Source: Candidatus Baldrarchaeota archaeon
GTDB taxonomy: Archaea; Asgardarchaeota; Baldrarchaeia; Baldrarchaeales; DXJG01
Assembly (NCBI GenBank): GCA_019056805.1
Contig: DXJG01000001.1
Location: forward strand, 156,572-188,571
Length of the DNA: 32,000 nt
Direction: 5' to 3'
The notes under the pieces were generated by a model. That model saw nothing but the letters and a program-made list of their open reading frames with translations. It had not been told where the DNA came from and did no database searches. Positions within the stretch are counted from its first letter, which is position 1. Each line of letters begins with the position of its first letter. Positions 26,758 through 32,000 of the stretch are shown here, one piece after another. The position numbers and the translations under genes are program-made.

Positions 26758-29133
26758 ATGAGAATCAAATTCTGGCTTTTGGATATAGCATATACCGTTG
26801 AAAAAGGAAAACCATACGTTGAACTCTGGGGACTCGACGATAAAGGAAACCGTATACTAATAATAGACAATATTTTCCGACCATATTTTTACGCAGTTCC
26901 ACGAAAAGGCGTCAATGTAGACCAATTAATTCATCAAATCAAAAGATTGTCTAATCCAAAATCACCAATTCTTAAAATCGAAAAAGTTGAAAGAAAATTC
27001 TTTGGCAAACCCTTGACTGTTTTACGTATTATGTGCAGTAATCCAAAAAGAGTACCTGAATATCGAGACGCAATCCTGAAAATACGTGATATAGAGTCAT
27101 ATTTAGAGGCAGATATTCGATACTCGGTTCGATATTTGATTGACAACCAGCTGATACCCTGCGGATGGCATCTAATAGAAGTTGAAGAAATTTCTAATGA
27201 TAAAAAATATCAAATAGACAAAATATACAAAGCTAAAAAGCCTCCAATTCCTACCGGAGAAACCACTTTCCCAGAGTTACGAACAATGGCATTCGACATA
27301 GAGTGTTATAATCCTAGAGGTGTACCAATACCTGATAGAGACCCTGTCATTATAATATCAGTTGTTACAAATAATGGGATTAAGAAACAATTTTTAGCCG
27401 ATGATCATAAAGATAAGAAACTAATTGAAGAATTTGTAAGTTTCATTAAGGATTTTGACCCAGATATAATTGTAGGATATAATTCTAATCGCTTTGATTG
27501 GCCTTATTTGGTGGAAAGAGCAGGAAGACTCGGTGTGAAACTTGATATTGGGAGGAATAGAGGGGAACCTCATACTTCCGTTTATGGGCATATTTCGATT
27601 GCTGGAAGGGCAAATGTAGATTTGTTAGATTACGCTGAGGAGTTATATGAAGTAAAAGTAAAAACTTTGGAAAACATCGCAGAATACCTAGGTATTATGA
27701 AAGTGGAGAAAAGAACAACTATAAATAAAATGAAAATTGCCGAATATTGGGATGACGAAGAAAAACGTAAAAAACTATTAAAATATGCTATGGAGGACGC
27801 AGAAAGTACTCTTGGGATAGCTGAGGAAGCTTTACCTTTTACTATGCAATTATCTTCTGTTGTAGGATTACCATTAGATCAAGTTTTAGCTGCAGCAGTA
27901 GGATTTAGAGTTGAATGGCATTTAATGAGACACGCTTATCTTGACGGAGAACTGGCACCTAACCGCGTTGAGCGAAGACATGTACCATATAAAGGCGGTC
28001 TAGTTTTAAAACCAAAAATGGGGATTCATGAAAACGTTATAGTTTATGACTTCAGCGCGCTCTATCCGAATCTCATGATAAGATATAATATTTCTCCTGA
28101 TACCTATGTTCCACCCGAGGAAGAGGTTCCATCAGACAAGGTCTATATTGCTCCTGAAGTTAACCACAGATTTTTGAAAGAACCTCCAGGTCTATATAAA
28201 CGAGCACTTACAAAGCTTTTAGAAGCCAGAGAAGAGATTAGACAAAAAATGAAGCAACTCGATCCAAGAAGTTTAGAATATAAAATGCTTGACAACCGCC
28301 AAAGAGCAATAAAGGTCATTGCAAACGCAACTTATGGATATGCAGGATGGATTGGGGCTAGATGGTACATTAAACCCGTAGCAGAAGCAACAACTGCCTG
28401 GGGAAGAGAAACCATAAAGAGAACAATCGAAATCGCTAAGAAACTGGGATTAACAGTTATATACGGAGATACTGACAGTGTTTTTCTAAAATACGATCCA
28501 GAGAAAATTAAAGAATTCGAGAGAATAGTTGAAAAAGAGTTAGGCTTAGACATCAAGCCGGACAAAATATATGAACGAGTTTTCTTTACTGAGGCTAAAA
28601 AACGATACGCCGGTCTTTTAAAAGACGGTAGGATAGATGCTGTAGGTTTAGAAGTTGTTAGAGGAGATTGGAGCGAAATAGCTAGAGAAGTTCAAGAAAA
28701 AGTTATAGAAATAGTTTTAAAAGAAAAGTCTCCTGAAAAAGCCGCTAACTACGTAAGAGATGTGATTAAACAACTAAAAGAGAGGAAAGTTCCATACGAA
28801 CAACTCATTATATGGAAAACATTAACTAGAAAACTTGAAGAGTATAAGGTTGAAGCAGCACATATTACTGCTGCTAAAAAGCTTTTAGAGGCTGGAGGAA
28901 CACTAGAGGTCGGAGATAAAATAGGATATGTTATAGTTAAGGGTGAAGGCAAACTAGCAGACAAAGCTGTACCGTATAGTATGACAAACTACGACAATAT
29001 AGACATAGAATATTACATAAACAAACAAATTATCCCAGCAGCTCTTAGAATACTTGAAGGATTTGGATATGATGAAAAACAACTAAAAACTGGAGAAAGA
29101 CAAGTATCACTTTTCGATTTCATGAAAAAATAA
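26758..29133 (+). CDS. polB: Family B DNA polymerase (PolB3-type), no intein
   Basis: ExoI FDIE, ExoII GYNSNRFD, DFSALYP, KVIANATYGY, YGDTDS and C-terminal PIP box QVSLFDFM. Confidence 0.97.
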   Translation: MRIKFWLLDIAYTVEKGKPYVELWGLDDKGNRILIIDNIFRPYFYAVPRKGVNVDQLIHQIKRLSNPKSPILKIEKVERKFFGKPLTVLRIMCSNPKRVPEYRDAILKIRDIESYLEADIRYSVRYLIDNQLIPCGWHLIEVEEISNDKKYQIDKIYKAKKPPIPTGETTFPELRTMAFDIECYNPRGVPIPDRDPVIIISVVTNNGIKKQFLADDHKDKKLIEEFVSFIKDFDPDIIVGYNSNRFDWPYLVERAGRLGVKLDIGRNRGEPHTSVYGHISIAGRANVDLLDYAEELYEVKVKTLENIAEYLGIMKVEKRTTINKMKIAEYWDDEEKRKKLLKYAMEDAESTLGIAEEALPFTMQLSSVVGLPLDQVLAAAVGFRVEWHLMRHAYLDGELAPNRVERRHVPYKGGLVLKPKMGIHENVIVYDFSALYPNLMIRYNISPDTYVPPEEEVPSDKVYIAPEVNHRFLKEPPGLYKRALTKLLEAREEIRQKMKQLDPRSLEYKMLDNRQRAIKVIANATYGYAGWIGARWYIKPVAEATTAWGRETIKRTIEIAKKLGLTVIYGDTDSVFLKYDPEKIKEFERIVEKELGLDIKPDKIYERVFFTEAKKRYAGLLKDGRIDAVGLEVVRGDWSEIAREVQEKVIEIVLKEKSPEKAANYVRDVIKQLKERKVPYEQLIIWKTLTRKLEEYKVEAAHITAAKKLLEAGGTLEVGDKIGYVIVKGEGKLADKAVPYSMTNYDNIDIEYYINKQIIPAALRILEGFGYDEKQLKTGERQVSLFDFMKK

Positions 29134-29152
29134 GTTGCAGGAGCACCAGAAA

Positions 29153-30412
29153 ATGTCATACGAGAAAGAAAAATTTAACAGGTTTACAGAAGACATAAAG
29201 AAAGCTATCGAAACTCTAAAAGAGAACTCTGATCGAGAAACTTTTCTCATTTATCATGATGATGCTGATGGTATAACTTCAGCTGCAATTCTCAAGGAAA
29301 GTTTGAAGAAAACAGGTATAGAAGCTAGAATGATTTGTCTGGAAAAACTGTATCCTCAGATTGTTCAAGATATTCACGCAAAAGAGGATATAATAATCTT
29401 CTACGTAGATATCGCGGCTGCACACGCTGAATTCCTATCAGAGATAAATAAAGGTCGTAATCTAACAATTATATTAGATCATCATGACGCAACCCTCTCT
29501 AAAGACCCTCTCATATACAATTTGGATCCTGAACTTTACGGATTTAGTGGTGAGAGGGATGCATCAGGAGCTACTACCACATATATTTTTGCGAAAAATC
29601 TAGATAAATCAATCACAAATTTAGCTCATTTGGCAATAGTTGGAAGTGCCGAAATACCGGGTAACTTAGTAGGTTTAAATAGAATTCCACTTGAGGATGC
29701 TATCAAACATGGAAAAGTAACAGTCTCAAAAAGAGGAGACAAAGAACTATATTCAATAAAACTTGGCAAAAGAACATATTCTCACACAGACCTATCAAAG
29801 AAATTAACTATACTTGGATCTGTTGGATACTATAGAAACGGTCCAGAGCTTGCAATAAAAGCGTGCATTCAGGGATTGACTCCTGAAATTTTAAGTAAAA
29901 TTAAGGAATTGGAAGATGAGCGGAAACAGATAAATAAAAAACTTTTAAGTAAATTAAGGGTTAGAGGTCTTAGAGAAGTAGGTGAAATACAATATTTTCA
30001 TGCTGGGGACGAGTTTAGGGGCATGGGAGTTAAGGTAATTGGAACATTTTGTTCTTATCTAAGCTATCAAAACTGGATAAATCAAAATAAATATCTTGTA
30101 GGATTCATGAATATGCAACCACAGATACCGGGATACGGAGAACTAAGAGGAAATTTTGTAAAAGTATCTGTTAGAGTTCCTTCACTCCTAAAACAAAAAA
30201 TTGAAAAAAGAGAAGCCCCTCCAGTAAATGAAATATTAGTGGTATCTTGTAGAAAACTTGCAGGATTTGCTGATGGTCATACTGTTGCTGCTTCTGGAAT
30301 TATACCAAAGGGTACAGAACAAAAACTCTTAGAAGAGATGAATAAAGAAATAAAAAGAAGGAAAGGTATAAATAAAAAGGGGACACTCGACTCTTTCTTT
30401 TGTCATACATAA
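29153..30412 (+). CDS. DHH family phosphoesterase (RecJ/GAN/Cdc45-like) with DHHA1 domain
   Basis: HDDADG, ILDHH, DASGA, FADGHTVAASG and C-terminal KGTLDSFF. Confidence 0.85.
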   Translation: MSYEKEKFNRFTEDIKKAIETLKENSDRETFLIYHDDADGITSAAILKESLKKTGIEARMICLEKLYPQIVQDIHAKEDIIIFYVDIAAAHAEFLSEINKGRNLTIILDHHDATLSKDPLIYNLDPELYGFSGERDASGATTTYIFAKNLDKSITNLAHLAIVGSAEIPGNLVGLNRIPLEDAIKHGKVTVSKRGDKELYSIKLGKRTYSHTDLSKKLTILGSVGYYRNGPELAIKACIQGLTPEILSKIKELEDERKQINKKLLSKLRVRGLREVGEIQYFHAGDEFRGMGVKVIGTFCSYLSYQNWINQNKYLVGFMNMQPQIPGYGELRGNFVKVSVRVPSLLKQKIEKREAPPVNEILVVSCRKLAGFADGHTVAASGIIPKGTEQKLLEEMNKEIKRRKGINKKGTLDSFFCHT

Positions 30413-30419
30413 CCTAATT

Positions 30420-31622
30420 TTAACTTATTTCTTCAAACGTAAGAACAGAAAGATTTACTGGGCATTTTGTTACATCTCTCTCAACTGCGCCAATAATATA
30501 TTCAGCACCCTTTTCACTTGCAACATCCACAAGTCTCTGAGTAATGACCCCATCAAAAACTACGGCTTTTACCTTGTCTAGTTTTTGAAGAGTTTCTGCT
30601 AGTTCACCTACAGGAACTTTCTTTACAACCTCAAAGTTACTTCCATATATCACTGCTTTGCCTTTGCCACGTACTTCTTCTATACCCTTCAATAGTAGCT
30701 CAGGAATCACTACCTTCACAGTTTCCTTAATAGCTCTTTGTTCTTCAACCTTTACTTTAATAGAGTGAGGTTTTCTTATTTCTTCCTTTCGTTTTTCAAC
30801 TGCAAATTGTTCTACAGGGAGTTTACTTCTCAAAGCTTTGACTATTTCTTTCCTTGTTAACTCTTCTACCTCTCTGCCCGGAGGAGCTCTTGCAATATAA
30901 TCTACGTCAGCTACTTGAAGAAGCTCTTTAAGTATAAGTTCACCACCTCGATCTCCATCAACAAAAGCTATGACGTTCTTTTTACGGCTCAGTTCAATAA
31001 TCGTTTTAGGAATGTTAGTACCTTCCACAGCTATAACGTTTCTAAAACCATGTTTAAGAAGATTGATAACATCAGCCCTTCCCTCGACTACTATGATGGT
31101 ATCCGCATCATCAATATTTGGTCCAGCTGGAAGTCCCTCAGGACCGTACCTAATAAGTTCACCAGTTCTTACAGCCCTCATAACATGCTCTGTAATCTCT
31201 TGGCTCTCAGGAACCACTTCTTCCTCCCATTTCCTTAAAATTTCCACAGCCCTATCTATAATTTTCTTCCTCTTTTCCTCACGTACATCCTCTATCTTTT
31301 CGAGAACAATTCTAGCTGTACAAGGTCCAACTCTGTCTACAGTTTCAAGTGTAGCAGCTAAAATAGCTGTCTCAACTCTATCGAGACTAGAAGGAACTAT
31401 AATAGTCCCTGTTGATTTTCCACCTCTAGTTTCTAAATTAACCTTAATTCTTCCTATCCTACCAGTCTTTTGTAGTTCTCTCAAGTCAAGTTCTTCACCT
31501 AATAATCCTTCTGTCTGACCAAATATTGCTCCAACAACATCAGATTTTTCCACAACACCATCTATCTCAATTCTTGCCTTAATGACATATTTCATCGTGT
31601 CATATTCGCTTTTTCCTACCAA
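30420..31622 (-). CDS. dnaG: Archaeal DnaG (exosome-associated TOPRIM protein)
   Basis: GVVEKSDVVGAIFGQTEGLLG, LQKTGRIGRI, VEGRADV and DGDRGG; TTG start at 31622 after a GGAGGTG SD. Confidence 0.96.
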   Translation of the reverse strand: MVGKSEYDTMKYVIKARIEIDGVVEKSDVVGAIFGQTEGLLGEELDLRELQKTGRIGRIKVNLETRGGKSTGTIIVPSSLDRVETAILAATLETVDRVGPCTARIVLEKIEDVREEKRKKIIDRAVEILRKWEEEVVPESQEITEHVMRAVRTGELIRYGPEGLPAGPNIDDADTIIVVEGRADVINLLKHGFRNVIAVEGTNIPKTIIELSRKKNVIAFVDGDRGGELILKELLQVADVDYIARAPPGREVEELTRKEIVKALRSKLPVEQFAVEKRKEEIRKPHSIKVKVEEQRAIKETVKVVIPELLLKGIEEVRGKGKAVIYGSNFEVVKKVPVGELAETLQKLDKVKAVVFDGVITQRLVDVASEKGAEYIIGAVERDVTKCPVNLSVLTFEEIS

Positions 31623-32000
31623 TATTAACACCTCCAAACACTAAATTTCTTTTGTTTAGTCTTAGAAGAGTTTTTCTAATTCCTTCAATGCAGGACACTT
31701 GTCCTGCTAGGACATGTCTGAATTCATTTCTCATTCCGTATATGGGGATAATTCCTTCTTTTTCGAGAAGAGATGAAAGAGTTTTAGCTATTTTTTCTCC
31801 CTTTTTATCAAAATCCGTAAGAATAAGGACTCTTCTATACCTGTGCAACTTATCAACTAATATGTTTAAACTTTGTTGAGATATCCTAATTATTTTTCCT
31901 TCTATTCCGAAACTACGAAGAACTTCCTCATCCTTTTTTCCTTCAACTAAGATCGGGATTCCTTCAGTTGCTAGTTCCCTGATTTTCTCAAGAACTCTCT
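31600..32000 (-). CDS. Small TOPRIM-domain protein (RNase M5-like), starts beyond right edge
   Basis: Hand extension to the window edge: IPILVEGKKDEEVL...VLILTDFDKKGE; overlaps the dnaG start. Confidence 0.85.
   Translation of the reverse strand, partial: RVLEKIRELATEGIPILVEGKKDEEVLRSFGIEGKIIRISQQSLNILVDKLHRYRRVLILTDFDKKGEKIAKTLSSLLEKEGIIPIYGMRNEFRHVLAGQVSCIEGIRKTLLRLNKRNLVFGGVNIGRKKRI

Noticed and set aside
42-31879. Many short antisense or overlapping ORFs in the track (e.g. 42-308, 1060-1320, 15170-15733, 30970-31518)
   Set aside because: They are shadows of well-supported genes on the opposite strand or frame, without motifs or SD sites.
1-32000. CRISPR arrays, inteins (PolB, NrdD, AtpB) and further in-frame introns in other CDSs
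   Set aside because: No regularly spaced repeats, and the proteins align by eye without large insertions. Short in-frame introns cannot be fully excluded without a computational BHB scan.

Overview
AT-rich archaeal chromosomal window with very GC-rich structural RNAs, which suggests a thermophile. Gene content (MIT-longin fusion, PolB3-type polymerase, TFE/Trm56/DUF2110 block, multi-intron tRNAs) points to an Asgard or Asgard/TACK-adjacent lineage. Most genes are housekeeping: A/V-ATPase B and D, class III RNR, PAN, NAC, MBF1, HflX, TFE, TtuA, pelota, PolB, DHH nuclease and DnaG. The main result is that six bulge-helix-bulge (BHB) introns can be folded by hand. Four are in tRNAs: one in tRNA-Val(CAC) at 15/16 and three in tRNA-Ser(GCT) at 15/16, 29/30 and 37/38. 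Two lie outside tRNA: a 26-nt intron in helix 8 of the SRP (7S) RNA, whose removal restores the SRP54-binding motif CAGG-CCC-GGGA-GGG-AGCA, and a 36-nt stop-containing intron in the atpD mRNA, whose removal restores the conserved PTRMEL motif. The atpD intron is hidden from ORF callers because an ATG straddles the 3' splice site. Head-to-head with the SRP RNA gene is a 66-aa ORF resembling the eukaryotic Alu-domain proteins SRP9/SRP14. A stand-alone HPF/RaiA-like protein and an MIT-longin protein lie in a putative operon with an Ig-repeat surface protein and a TadC/ArlJ-like membrane protein. No CRISPR array, transposase or integrase was seen. All family calls rest on motif recognition; no database search was run.
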